A model generated the notes under the pieces. That model made no database searches. It was not told where the DNA came from and was given only the letters and a program-made list of their open reading frames with translations. From NCBI GenBank assembly GCA_016214745.1, contig JACRNW010000001.1:1038-65037 (forward strand): a stretch of 64,000 nucleotides of DNA. Direction: 5' to 3'. The DNA comes from Candidatus Falkowbacteria bacterium. GTDB taxonomy: Bacteria; Patescibacteriota; Patescibacteriia; XYB2-FULL-38-15. Within the stretch, counting starts at the first letter, position 1. Every line of letters starts with the position of its first letter. The position numbers and the translations under genes were made by a program. Of the stretch, positions 9,708 to 18,994 are shown in pieces.

Positions 9708-10802
9708 TTATTGTCGCGGCGTAAAAGAAACTCGAGTTGAGCCAGTGCCGCCGCCAAATGACGCCGAGATATCAACCAAAACTTTGTAACCGACTTCAGC
9801 ACTCGTTCCAATTTTGAAAGAAACCGCATAAACACCGCCGCCAGAATGAACAAGAGTGTAGGTGATGTTGCCCGAATTGTAATGGGCCACGGCTTTGACC
9901 GTCGCATTAGTTATCGGATTGCCCGCGCCGTCTTTTACTGTCGCGGTGATTGTCTCATTGCCCCTGACGTTTGGCGTCGGATTGCTGATTTGTCCCACGA
10001 CGCCAATAATTATTGCTGGCGGTGGCGGCGCGGTGTTGGTATTGGTATTTGTGTTTGTAGCCGTATTCGTGTTAGTTTCGGTATTTGTGTTCGCGTTAGT
10101 GTTCGCGCCTGCTTCCGCATTAGTGTTGACCGCCGCATTCACGTTCTCGTTAGCATTAGTTTCAATAATCGGCACATAAGTCACAGTTTCAGTAGTGCTG
10201 GCAAGATTGCCGGCCGGATCAGTCGCCGTCACGGTTAAATTATTTTCTCCGGACGTTAGCGGAATGTTCGCGCTCCAGGTACCGTCGGCGCCCACAGTGG
10301 CGGCAACGCCGTTCACGGTGACTATTGAACCTGGCGCCGCTTTGCCGCTCGCAATATAATTTTTATCATTTACAACTAAACCCGCGGCAGACTGCACTTC
10401 AAGCGTCGGCGCAGCTGTATCAAATTTTATGACAATTTCGCCTGAAGTGCGGCTCGATCTTCTAACCGCGTTAAGCGCCCGAGCCGTAAATTTATTTTCT
10501 CCGGCGACAAGCGAAACATTTTCAAAAATAAAATTTCCTTCCGCGTCCGCGCTTGCCATAGCCACCGCTTTTTTATCCTTATCAAAAATTACAACTACTG
10601 CGTCCGCCCTGGCTGTTCCCCTGAGCGTCACTTTTTCTTGATTAGTGACGGTAGGAAATCCGGTAAACTTTGGCGCCGGCAAATAAATCACTGCCAGCCA
10701 AATAATAAGGCCGACTGCTAACAAAAACAACGCTGCCGAAATGGCGCACCAAATCAGCCTCTCGCGCGTTAATTTTGTCTTTAAAACAAAAGGTAAATCC
10801 AT
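9708..10802 (-). CDS. membrane-anchored surface protein with bacterial Ig-like domains and a (TN)n low-complexity linker
   Basis: N-terminal TM helix. The body is T/A/G/V-rich beta-strand-like sequence. It contains NTNTETNTNTATNTNTNTNTAPPPP. Confidence 0.55.
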   Translation of the reverse strand: MDLPFVLKTKLTRERLIWCAISAALFLLAVGLIIWLAVIYLPAPKFTGFPTVTNQEKVTLRGTARADAVVVIFDKDKKAVAMASADAEGNFIFENVSLVAGENKFTARALNAVRRSSRTSGEIVIKFDTAAPTLEVQSAAGLVVNDKNYIASGKAAPGSIVTVNGVAATVGADGTWSANIPLTSGENNLTVTATDPAGNLASTTETVTYVPIIETNANENVNAAVNTNAEAGANTNANTNTETNTNTATNTNTNTNTAPPPPAIIIGVVGQISNPTPNVRGNETITATVKDGAGNPITNATVKAVAHYNSGNITYTLVHSGGGVYAVSFKIGTSAEVGYKVLVDISASFGGGTGSTRVSFTPRQ

Positions 10803-10871
10803 AAATTTGGAATTAATAATAAATTACCTCTTGTCTTATAACGAAGAAGTATCAATTTTCTTACACCTAAA

Positions 10872-11234
10872 TTACGCCTGCGTTTGAGGCATTACCGACG
10901 CTTTTTTAACCCGCAAAAGCGGCGCTAAAACTCCAAGGCCGTAACCGAGCCAAAGTGTCCAATCCCCGAAGATCGCTGGATTAAACCGCATCGTCACAAT
11001 GACGTCTAAAATCACGCCAACCACGAGCCAAGAAAAACCATAGCCCAAGGCCAAACCATAATTTTTTGGCTTAACGTAACCAGCAAAAATGAAAGAAAGG
11101 ACGCCGGCAATAATGGCGAAGCCAATACTTAACCAAAGAGATTCTTGGACTTTAAAACCAATAAAAGCAGAAACAATCACAAACATCAACGCCCAAATAA
11201 TAGCGCCAAAACCGATAGCTTTTTTCCAATTCAT
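10872..11234 (-). CDS. small integral membrane protein (3-4 TM), hypothetical
   Basis: 120 aa, hydrophobic throughout. Confidence 0.5.
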   Translation of the reverse strand: MNWKKAIGFGAIIWALMFVIVSAFIGFKVQESLWLSIGFAIIAGVLSFIFAGYVKPKNYGLALGYGFSWLVVGVILDVIVTMRFNPAIFGDWTLWLGYGLGVLAPLLRVKKASVMPQTQA

Positions 11235-11295
11235 AAATTCACCCCCTTTTCAAAAAATTTATACTAAAACCCCGGAATTAATCCGGGGTAAATTT

Positions 11296-12021
11296 TTATT
11301 GTGCCAAAGGAAGCGCGGTCAGGTTGGTATTGTTAATACCCAAACCGAGTTCTCTCATAATCCTGAAGGCGTCGTCAGGCCGGCCGAGATAATATTTTTT
11401 TCTGTCTTTCGGATAAATGTAGTAGGCCTCGCCGTGCGACTGGACATCGAGCAAAATTCTTCCGACAACATTCGTCGGAAAATAAGTCGTGTTGGTTATG
11501 AAGTCGTGCGTGGCGCCGAGCCCGAGCGTTCGCATCACATTAAATGCGTCAGTCGGACGGCCGAGATAATAACCTTTCTTGTCCACCGGATAATAGTAAT
11601 AGGCCTCGCCGTTTTTTTCTACGGCCAAAAAAATGTAGCCGAGATATTTAGTCAAACTTGTCGCGGAAGTTCCGGTCCCGCTCGAAGTGCCGGAAGTATT
11701 TGTTAAAGCTTTGTCGGTAAGTTGCATCAAAACCGCGCCGACCCAGCCGACCGTACCGTCAGCCAGCTGCACTTTGTACCAGCCGTCAGTTTCACCGATT
11801 ACCTTAATTACCGAACCCTTAACCACGGTTTTTAAAATTGTTGAGTTAACTGTGCAAGGCTCGTTTCGGACGTAAGCGCTAATAATCACTTCGCCGCGCA
11901 AATCGCGATCGTAAATCGGATCGCAACCGCAACACTCTGTGGCGGCCGAGACATGATTTACTGGCCAGAAACCGAAGGCTAAAATAGCCAAAACTACAAT
12001 GGAAAATGCCTGTTTTTTCAT
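11296..12021 (-). CDS. secreted protein with SH3b-like domain and two GEAYYxYP-x-DxKxYYLGRPxDAFxxMRxLGLG repeats
   Basis: Signal peptide MKKQAFSIVVLAILAFGFWPVNHVSA. GWYKVQLADGTVGWV is SH3b-like. There is an internal duplicated ~45-aa motif. Confidence 0.6.
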   Translation of the reverse strand: MKKQAFSIVVLAILAFGFWPVNHVSAATECCGCDPIYDRDLRGEVIISAYVRNEPCTVNSTILKTVVKGSVIKVIGETDGWYKVQLADGTVGWVGAVLMQLTDKALTNTSGTSSGTGTSATSLTKYLGYIFLAVEKNGEAYYYYPVDKKGYYLGRPTDAFNVMRTLGLGATHDFITNTTYFPTNVVGRILLDVQSHGEAYYIYPKDRKKYYLGRPDDAFRIMRELGLGINNTNLTALPLAQ

Positions 12022-12100
12022 AATCTTAAAATTATGACTTAGGCGGACACTGATTTTATTTTATCATTTTTAAAAATCAGCGTCCATTTTCATTGTAACG

Positions 12101-12481
12101 TTAATACACCCTTTTAAATTTCACGACAAAAACCGGTTCATATTTATTTTCGTACTCATCAGTCACCTGAACCGTCTCGCCTTTCACAAAAGTATTTAAA
12201 GCAAGGTCGGAAAGCATTTCCGCGTCGGTTTCCGTGTCCGCTTTTAAAGTTTCAAGCTCATTAAACTCGGAAGAAAAATCTCCCCGCACGTCCATTTCAA
12301 TTTTTTTCTTTTTCTCGCGAAGAGTTTTTAAATCCTCCACAATTTTTCCATAATCAGCGCTTTGGGTAAGCGCGTCTTTGTACGCGGATCTAATTTCTTT
12401 CTGTTTCTTTTTTGTTTTTTGCATGCGGAGCCAAACTTCTTGAAGATTTGCCATACTTCGTAATGTTAAAAATTTAATCAA
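12101..12481 (-). CDS. hypothetical coiled-coil protein
   Basis: 126 aa, K/E-rich. Confidence 0.4.
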   Translation of the reverse strand: MIKFLTLRSMANLQEVWLRMQKTKKKQKEIRSAYKDALTQSADYGKIVEDLKTLREKKKKIEMDVRGDFSSEFNELETLKADTETDAEMLSDLALNTFVKGETVQVTDEYENKYEPVFVVKFKRVY

Positions 12482-12523
12482 AAAACCAGTTACTTTCTTC
12501 TCCGAATAACCGGTAAATAAATT

Positions 12524-12715
12524 TTAACCAAAAAGTTTAATTATTTTATCAACAATAATTTGATGTTCTCTTTCGTCATTTCTAATGTGTTCAATGTCGC
12601 CGCGCCAGCCGTTGGCCAAAAGTTCTTTTAAAATCAAATCACAGTTATCCTCAGCTATTTTTTCCATCTTTTTCGCTTCGGCAAGTATTGATTCAACTTC
12701 CGGTCTGCTCGGCAT
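12524..12715 (-). CDS. small hypothetical protein with ExxH motif (possible C-terminal half of a split ferritin-like gene)
   Basis: Contains DEREHQ. Its start lies 1 nt beyond the stop of the upstream ORF, in a different frame. Confidence 0.35.
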   Translation of the reverse strand: MPSRPEVESILAEAKKMEKIAEDNCDLILKELLANGWRGDIEHIRNDEREHQIIVDKIIKLFG

Positions 12716-12716
12716 A

Positions 12717-12941
12717 TTATTTTAAATTATTAATAATATTTTCCAAAACTTTTTTATGTCCAGAACTTTGCGCGATTAAAATTTCCAAATATTTTTTAAC
12801 TTCTTTGCGGTCGGTTTCGGAAAAAATTTCCATAAAACCCTCGTCTCTAATCAATTCCATATAAAGAGTAATAAAATCGTCTTCGTAAATAATCCCCTGT
12901 TTAATCAAGTTTTCCACTCCTGTAATTTTTTGATCATCCAT
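12717..12941 (-). CDS. small hypothetical protein (possible N-terminal half of split gene)
   Basis: The likely start is MDDQKITG at 12941, which avoids overlap with rluA-like. The ORF track starts at 12995. Confidence 0.35.
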   Translation of the reverse strand: MDDQKITGVENLIKQGIIYEDDFITLYMELIRDEGFMEIFSETDRKEVKKYLEILIAQSSGHKKVLENIINNLK

Positions 12942-12954
12942 AAATTTTAAGTGC

Positions 12955-13623
12955 TTACAAATATTTTTTCCACTCCTTCGGCCAAGGTAGTTCAACCGTT
13001 TTTATTTCATCGCTCGTGGCCAAGTGAAACGAAAGCGACGCGGCAAAAAGAGCAATAGATTTATCGGGCAGAGGTTCGCTTGCGCCGTATTTAAGATCGC
13101 CCAAAATCGGGTGGCCGATTGAGGTAAGCTGGGCGCGAATCTGGTGCGCCCGGCCTGTTCCTAATTTTATTTTTAATAAAGAATTTTTAGCGCCAACTTT
13201 TTCCACTTCCCAAAAAAGTTCAGCACGTGCCGTTCCTGGCATTTCATGATCAAAAACTTCCACCACATTTTTCTTTTCATCTTTTTTCAAAAAACTTACA
13301 ATTTCGCCGCTCGATTTTTCCATTTTTCCAACTACAACCGCATAATAATATTTTTCAACCGCGTGCTCGCGAAATTGCGCCGAGATCCTTGACGCGCCTT
13401 TGCTTGTTTTCGCGAAAAGCACAACGCCGCCGACCGGCCGATCCAGCCGATGGACAAGCCCCAAAAAAACATTGCCAGGTTTTTTATATTTTTCTTTTAA
13501 ATATTTTTTCACTTCGTCCATTAAACACGGATCACCCGTTTTATCCGCCTGCACAAGCATTCCGGCTGGTTTTTCCACGACGATCAAATGATTATCTTCA
13601 TATAAAACATTGAGTTTCATCAT
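12955..13623 (-). CDS. RluA-family pseudouridine synthase
   Basis: LVHRLDRPVGGVVLFAKT (HRLD catalytic-Asp motif) and ...GRAHQIRAQL. Confidence 0.85.
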   Translation of the reverse strand: MMKLNVLYEDNHLIVVEKPAGMLVQADKTGDPCLMDEVKKYLKEKYKKPGNVFLGLVHRLDRPVGGVVLFAKTSKGASRISAQFREHAVEKYYYAVVVGKMEKSSGEIVSFLKKDEKKNVVEVFDHEMPGTARAELFWEVEKVGAKNSLLKIKLGTGRAHQIRAQLTSIGHPILGDLKYGASEPLPDKSIALFAASLSFHLATSDEIKTVELPWPKEWKKYL

Positions 13624-13781
13624 AGACCTTTTGCGGGATAATTTTTCGTCGCGAAATTCATAAATTTTGAGCGAAAAATATGAAAGACGAGGAGGTTTAT
13701 TAATAATAAGCCGACGAGTTTTGAATATTTTGCAGCCAAAATTTATAATTGCAGCAGAAAGGATTATCCCGTAAAAGGTCT
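13624..13781. repeat. 19-bp inverted repeat pair bracketing the whole intergenic region (13624..13642 / 13763..13781)
   Basis: agaccttttgcgggataat and attatcccgtaaaaggtct match in 18 of 19 positions as reverse complements. Confidence 0.4.
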
Positions 13782-14646
13782 AACTCCAGCGAGCAAAAAT
13801 ACCGCAAGGCAGTAGCCGACCGCTTCCTTTTTCTTCAATCGTCAATTCCCCTGCCTCAAGCGTTCCGCCATGCTTTTCCAAAAGCGGCAATAAATTATTT
13901 TTGTAAGCGGTCGCGGAATACCCGGAAGCATAACCATTAATTAGAAAAAATAACGGTTTATCCGTAAGTAATTCAAAACACAGCTTCATTAATTCCAAAA
14001 AATTATCTTCAATTTTCCAAAGTTCGCCGCCCGGCCCGTGGCCAAACGCCGGCGGATCCATCACGATGCCATCGTAGCGCCGGCCGCGTTTGATTTCCCG
14101 TTTCACAAACTTCACGGCATCCTCCAAAATCCAGCGAATCGGTTTTTCCTCCAAGCCGGAAAGAGCCGCGTTGTCGCGCGCCCAGGTAATGGCGACTTTT
14201 GAACCGTCCAAGTGGCATACTTCAGCGCCGGAGGCCGCAGCGGCAAGCGTCGCTCCGCCCGTGTAGCCAAAAAGATTAATCACGGAAATTTGTCTTTTCG
14301 CTCCGCCAACTAATTTTTTAATCCACTCCCAATTTCCGACTTGTTCCGGAAAAATTCCCAAATGTTTAAAAGTTGTGGGCTTTATCCAAAAATCCAAACC
14401 CGCCAGATTTATCTGCCAACGGCCAGGAACTTCTCTTTTTATTTTCCATTCTGCCGATTCAGCGCTTCGTTTAAATTCGCCGTCAACTTTTTTCCACGCG
14501 GCTAAATTTAATTTCGGCCAAAGCGCCTGCGGATCAGGACGCGAAAAAACAAACCGCCCGTAGCGTTCCAATTTCTCTCCCTCGCCGGAATCCAGCAACT
14601 CGTAATCCGCTGAGGATTTTGTTTTTAAAATTAAATAGTCAATCAT
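13780..14646 (-). CDS. class I SAM-dependent methyltransferase (RlmI/RlmK-like catalytic domain)
   Basis: VINLFGYTGGATLAAAASGA...VMDPPAFGHGP. Confidence 0.7.
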   Translation of the reverse strand: MIDYLILKTKSSADYELLDSGEGEKLERYGRFVFSRPDPQALWPKLNLAAWKKVDGEFKRSAESAEWKIKREVPGRWQINLAGLDFWIKPTTFKHLGIFPEQVGNWEWIKKLVGGAKRQISVINLFGYTGGATLAAAASGAEVCHLDGSKVAITWARDNAALSGLEEKPIRWILEDAVKFVKREIKRGRRYDGIVMDPPAFGHGPGGELWKIEDNFLELMKLCFELLTDKPLFFLINGYASGYSATAYKNNLLPLLEKHGGTLEAGELTIEEKGSGRLLPCGIFARWS

Positions 14647-14662
14647 TTCAAGTTAATTCAAC

Positions 14663-16657
14663 TTACTGTCTGGTGCCAGAACCAGTTAGGGTGCAACTCA
14701 TGTAGTTAACTGTTCCATCAGTCGCGTAACCGACTGCATCCATAGACCCGCTACCGGAAAAAGCCGCGCCGCCGTCCTGCTCACTGAAAGCAAAGTAAAA
14801 TATTGCCGAAGCATAAGCAGTGCCACCCTCTACGGGCATTGACATCTGAAAGGATTCAATGGCCGCACCCGAATCGTCAATCGCGACATAAGTATTTACT
14901 GTGCTGTCAAACGTAACATTATTTATCACCGTAAAATCAAGCCCAAACGTATCTGAATAGGTTGGCCTACCCGGAACAGTGGTCACACAGTTGCCGGTCA
15001 ATGTTCCTGTATAATGCCCGTCCCACTGACCACCGGCCTCTCCTTCCGCCTGTAACTCGGCGGTGCTGGGCAAAAGATTTTTTTCCGTACAACCAGACTC
15101 ACCTCCCATATATCTGCCGCCAGAGTATGTCAAGAAATCCCAACACTGGGTATTGTTATTACCAATTTTGTAGTCGCAAGTATAACCAAATTCGGCGGTG
15201 GGAAGGCGGCTCTTGGCAAGCCCGGCCCCGCCTACGGTTCCGCCCTTGGCCACGCAGTCGTCGTAAAATTTTTGCACGGTCGGACTGTGGCCAGAGGATG
15301 AAGGTTCGCCGATATAGATAACGCCCATTCCTTCCAAATTATGCCAACCATTTTCCCAATCTTTTCCCGAATTCTTTTCCCCTTTAGCAAAACCTATCGC
15401 CGAAGCATCAATGCCATTTGTTGATTGCATTATCTCTTCAACACAATAAACGTTGGTCGGCCCGCCCGAACCGGTACTAATCCCGCCGCGACCAATGCAG
15501 ATTTTTCTGGCTGGCGGCTGATTACTGGTGCCACCGGTTGTACCACCAGTTGTGCCGCCGCCCGAGACGTTTCCTCCAGTATTTTGTTTCTGCTGATTAG
15601 TTTGATTTTGTTGTTGATTATTAGTTTGTGTTTGTTGTCCTGACGGTTTACACCTCGTGTCGCAATTGTACATCCGTCTTTGGTAGTCAGTCATCTTAAC
15701 GGTCGGATCACTGCAAACCTGACAAGTAACATCCATCCCCGGCCCGATGTCCGGAACTGGCGGCAAGGCAGCAAAAGCCGAAGGAATAAAATCAAACGAG
15801 AAGAAACCCGCTTTCTCGGAATGCGTAATGCCATTCAACCAATGACGCTCTACTCTTAATTTGGCGCCGACGTAAAGCATTGACACCTGATTTTTCATTT
15901 GGATGGCGCCGTCACCAAATTCTTTAAGCTCGGAAATTTTTTGGACGCTATGCTCAAATAATTGCTTGGCTTTTCTGTCGCTCAATTTTAATTTAAAATC
16001 GCCCGGGTCGTCCCTCACATCTCCCCAAACTTTTGGATCTAAAGATGCGATTCCAACTTCGTTGACCCAGTCTACGGCCGCCTCTTTATAACTCTCCAAT
16101 TCTTTGGGCACACTAAGATCTTTCAATCTTCCCGACACCATCTGAGTTTCAATGCCGACTCTCTGCCAGGAAGCGGTAACGAGTGGTTTTTTTTCTACCA
16201 ATGAATCGCCCATTATTTTTGCCACAGTCGCTTCAGCCAAATTATCCTGAATTAAAAAAAGTGAATCGGAAAATTTTTTATCGTTCAAGTCGGTTAAATA
16301 GACATAAACCCCGAAACCGGCCAAAAGCAAAATCACACCGATGATGATTGAACCGATAATCGGTTGTCGGATGATGAGACGGATTAAGGAATAAAATATA
16401 AAATAAATAAGATAAAGAATGCAAATTGCAAAAAAGGCGAGAAACGCGGATATTCCCAAAATTTCTAAACGGCTGTACTCTGCAAAGCTAGACACTCCAC
16501 TTTCCATAAAATAAAACACTGGAATTAAAACCACAAAACCCACGAACCAAATAGTGAAAAAATCAGGCTCATTGTCTTTTGTTTGGCGGTAACTGGCGTG
16601 CCGCATTTGGGGCAAAATTTCAAAAAGGCCCCCAAATTCCGGCCGCATTTTGCGCAA
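14663..16657 (-). CDS. large hypothetical membrane protein with Q/N/G/T-rich low-complexity linker and Cys-containing C-terminal region
   Basis: 664 aa with N-terminal TM helices and QQQNQTNQQKQNTGGNVSGGGTTGGTTGG. Confidence 0.55.
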   Translation of the reverse strand: MRKMRPEFGGLFEILPQMRHASYRQTKDNEPDFFTIWFVGFVVLIPVFYFMESGVSSFAEYSRLEILGISAFLAFFAICILYLIYFIFYSLIRLIIRQPIIGSIIIGVILLLAGFGVYVYLTDLNDKKFSDSLFLIQDNLAEATVAKIMGDSLVEKKPLVTASWQRVGIETQMVSGRLKDLSVPKELESYKEAAVDWVNEVGIASLDPKVWGDVRDDPGDFKLKLSDRKAKQLFEHSVQKISELKEFGDGAIQMKNQVSMLYVGAKLRVERHWLNGITHSEKAGFFSFDFIPSAFAALPPVPDIGPGMDVTCQVCSDPTVKMTDYQRRMYNCDTRCKPSGQQTQTNNQQQNQTNQQKQNTGGNVSGGGTTGGTTGGTSNQPPARKICIGRGGISTGSGGPTNVYCVEEIMQSTNGIDASAIGFAKGEKNSGKDWENGWHNLEGMGVIYIGEPSSSGHSPTVQKFYDDCVAKGGTVGGAGLAKSRLPTAEFGYTCDYKIGNNNTQCWDFLTYSGGRYMGGESGCTEKNLLPSTAELQAEGEAGGQWDGHYTGTLTGNCVTTVPGRPTYSDTFGLDFTVINNVTFDSTVNTYVAIDDSGAAIESFQMSMPVEGGTAYASAIFYFAFSEQDGGAAFSGSGSMDAVGYATDGTVNYMSCTLTGSGTRQ

Positions 16658-16736
16658 CGCATAGTGTTTTAATTAATGTTAAAACTATTATTAGTTTACC
16701 ACATTTTGACTCGGTGGAATAGCATTTAATCCACAA

Positions 16737-16765
16737 CAAAAACCGCCGAAAGCGGTTTTAATAAT
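16737..16765. terminator. bidirectional hairpin terminator
   Basis: AAAACCGCcgaaaGCGGTTTT, a perfect 8-bp stem flanked by A and T runs. Confidence 0.5.
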
Positions 16766-16779
16766 TTTTGAGACCAAAC

Positions 16780-16851
16780 TCCGAGACTTGGATTCGTCCG
16801 GTCATTCGACCGGACGCCCCGTCGGATGACGGGGCGAACTCCCGCCCTAAT
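16780..16851 (-). repeat. tRNA-linked GC-rich hairpin element, ending in a degenerate copy of the tRNA-Gln 3' end
   Basis: Read in tRNA orientation: after tRNA-Gln comes GGGCGGGAGTTCGCCCCG, then hairpins CCCCGTCatccGACGGGG and GTCCGGTCgaatGACCGGAC, then CGAATCCAAGTCTCGGAG. That last stretch copies the tRNA 3' end CGAATCCAGGTCCCCGAG. Confidence 0.55.
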
Positions 16852-16922
16852 CTCGGGGACCTGGATTCGAACCAGGATAGCCACCTTCAAAGGGTGGTGT
16901 CCTACCGTTAGACGATCCCCGA
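16852..16922 (-). tRNA. tRNA-Gln (anticodon UUG)
   Basis: Manual fold: acceptor UCGGGGA/UCCCCGA with the U1:A72 typical of bacterial tRNA-Gln, D-arm GTCT/GGAC, anticodon stem CCACC/GGTGG with loop CTTTGAA, T-arm CCTGG-TTCGAAT-CCAGG, discriminator G. No CCA is encoded. Confidence 0.8.
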
Positions 16923-16947
16923 GAGCAGAGCGAGAAATTTAAATAAA

Positions 16948-16978
16948 AAAATACAGACTTTTGACTTGTCTGTATTTT
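16948..16978. terminator. hairpin terminator downstream of ftsX
   Basis: ATACAGACttttgacttGTCTGTAT with flanking T/A runs. Confidence 0.5.
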
Positions 16979-16990
16979 AACTTTTTTCTT

Positions 16991-17905
16991 TTAAACTTTC
17001 AAGTACCGGCCCACCGCCAAACTACTTGTCACAATATTTAAGAGCACAACGCCCACGAATTGCCAGCCAAAAATCTGAAGAAAATTTTGGGAAAAATAGC
17101 CGAGTAAATTAAATTCCGCGCCGCCGAAAAATCCGGCCAGATACGGTTCGGCAAAACCGATCGCCGGAAAGGTAAGAAGTATCGTAAAGAAAACGGCAAA
17201 AATTCCGTAGAAAACTCCGCTCGCGAGGAATGGCGCCCGGACAAACCAGTTGGCCGCGCCGACCAATTTCATTACTCCTATTTCTTCGCGGTGAGTGTAA
17301 ATCGTCATCCTGACCGTGTTAAATCCGATTAAAACCGCGACAACGGCAAAAAGTCCGGCTATGCCAAACCCCGTACTCTTGGCTTTTTCTGAAATGGAAT
17401 CAATTTTTTTAATTATTGCCTCGTGATCTTCAAAACTTTTCTCTTGAATAATATTTGCGTATTGCGCGTCGTCAAAAACTTCTAAAATTTCCGGGTAATC
17501 GGCGGGGTCATGCGCTTTAACAATAAGGGTCGCGCCGAGCGGATTTTCCCCGACTTCCTCAAGAGATTCTTTTATCACCGCGTCGTTTTCATGTTTTTTT
17601 GTAAAATCCCTGAGCGCCTCTTCCGGCGAAACATAAATTACATCTTTTACTCCAGACAAACTCAAAAGATATGATTTTATATTTCCAATCTCGCTTTCAG
17701 CCACTCCTGGTTTGAAATAAACACTGACGTCAATTTTATCTTCCACTTGGGCGACCGCTGTTTTGGTCAAAAAATTCAAAGTAATCAAAAAATTTATTGA
17801 AACTAAAGTCAAAACTAAAACCACGACCGTGGCCGTAGTAAGCCAAAAATTTCGCCAAAAATCTTGCGAAGAAAATTTAATAATGCGGAATAGCGCTGCA
17901 AACAT
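16991..17905 (-). CDS. ftsX: cell division permease-like protein FtsX
   Basis: N-terminal TM helix, large periplasmic domain and C-terminal 3-TM FtsX domain (GVMKLVGA...). It lies adjacent to ftsE. Confidence 0.85.
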   Translation of the reverse strand: MFAALFRIIKFSSQDFWRNFWLTTATVVVLVLTLVSINFLITLNFLTKTAVAQVEDKIDVSVYFKPGVAESEIGNIKSYLLSLSGVKDVIYVSPEEALRDFTKKHENDAVIKESLEEVGENPLGATLIVKAHDPADYPEILEVFDDAQYANIIQEKSFEDHEAIIKKIDSISEKAKSTGFGIAGLFAVVAVLIGFNTVRMTIYTHREEIGVMKLVGAANWFVRAPFLASGVFYGIFAVFFTILLTFPAIGFAEPYLAGFFGGAEFNLLGYFSQNFLQIFGWQFVGVVLLNIVTSSLAVGRYLKV

Positions 17906-17929
17906 ATGCTAGAATTTAGAAAATAGAAG

Positions 17930-18280
17930 CTAGAATTTAGAATTAACAAAGTTATTTAATATTTTCATCACCTCTACTAAGGTAATCTCTACTCCTTTAA
18001 AACTTAATTTCGGAAATAAAACTTTAGCAATTTCGATCTGGCTTTCCAATTCTGACCCAGAACCAAACGCAACGCACAATAATTGTTTCTTTTCTTTGGC
18101 GTGAAAACGATGATAGCTCTCAGCAATATTGGAAGAAATAGAAATTACAGCTCTTCTCATCTGATTCGTTAAACCATACACTTCAGAATGAGGAAATTCA
18201 TCTGTCAACCGATAAATCTCTACAGCCAAATCACGCGCTTTCTGCCAAACCACCAATTCCTTAAAAGATTTTGTGGCCAT
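17930..18280 (-). CDS. four-helix-bundle protein (23S rRNA intervening-sequence protein family, TIGR02436-like)
   Basis: 116 aa. VVWQKARDLAVEIYRLT...ISSNIAESY is characteristic of this family. It is inserted between ftsE and ftsX. Confidence 0.7.
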   Translation of the reverse strand: MATKSFKELVVWQKARDLAVEIYRLTDEFPHSEVYGLTNQMRRAVISISSNIAESYHRFHAKEKKQLLCVAFGSGSELESQIEIAKVLFPKLSFKGVEITLVEVMKILNNFVNSKF

Positions 18281-18313
18281 AAATTCTATTTTCTATTTTC
18301 TACTTTCTAGATT

Positions 18314-18994
18314 CTACAATACGTATTTTCCAACCTCTTGATCGCTGATAACCGTCCCCTGCTCAAGCGTTACGACTCGCCGGCGCAAAGAATTAACCAA
18401 CTCGCGATTATGAGAAACCAAAAGAACGGTCGTGCCAAACTCATTGATTTTCAAAAGTAAATCAGCGATTTCTCTCGTATTGATTGAATCAAGATTTCCG
18501 GTTGGCTCGTCGGCCACTAAAATCTTCGGCCGATGAATCAGGGCACGGGCGATAGCGACTCTCTGCTGCTCGCCGCCCGAAACTTGTTTTGGATAACGGT
18601 CAGCTTTTTCATCCAAACCGACAATTCTCAAAACTTGCGGAACAATTGTTTTGATTCTTCCAACTGAGGCACCGCAAACTTCAAGAGCAAAGGCGACATT
18701 TTCAAAAATAGTTTTCTTGGGCAAAAGTTTAAAATCCTGAAAAATAACTCCGATCTGCCGCCGCAAAGTCGGAATTTCCGAGCGTCTGATTTTTGTAATA
18801 TCCCAATCGCCGATCGTGATCTTACCGCGCGTCGGACGCTCTTCCGCAGTCAGCAATTTGATAAGCGTCGTTTTGCCGGTCCCCGACTGGCCGACAATAG
18901 AAACAAATTCTCCGGCGTTAATTTTTAAATTTACGCCCTGCAGGGCGACTGTGTTCGGCGGATAAATTTTTTCTATACCTCGAAACTCAATCAT
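18314..18994 (-). CDS. ftsE: cell division ATP-binding protein FtsE
   Basis: Walker A GQSGTGKTT, ABC signature VSGGEQQRVAIARAL and Walker B ILVADEPTGNLD. Confidence 0.9.
   Translation of the reverse strand: MIEFRGIEKIYPPNTVALQGVNLKINAGEFVSIVGQSGTGKTTLIKLLTAEERPTRGKITIGDWDITKIRRSEIPTLRRQIGVIFQDFKLLPKKTIFENVAFALEVCGASVGRIKTIVPQVLRIVGLDEKADRYPKQVSGGEQQRVAIARALIHRPKILVADEPTGNLDSINTREIADLLLKINEFGTTVLLVSHNRELVNSLRRRVVTLEQGTVISDQEVGKYVL

Noticed and set aside
9026-10238. Plus-strand ORFs (157, 212, 130, 94 aa) antisense to the PgsA-like and Ig-like genes
   Set aside because: They are antisense frames of GC/Ala-Thr-rich coding sequence. The minus-strand genes carry recognisable motifs and a proper SD, and the plus frames have biased low-complexity translations.
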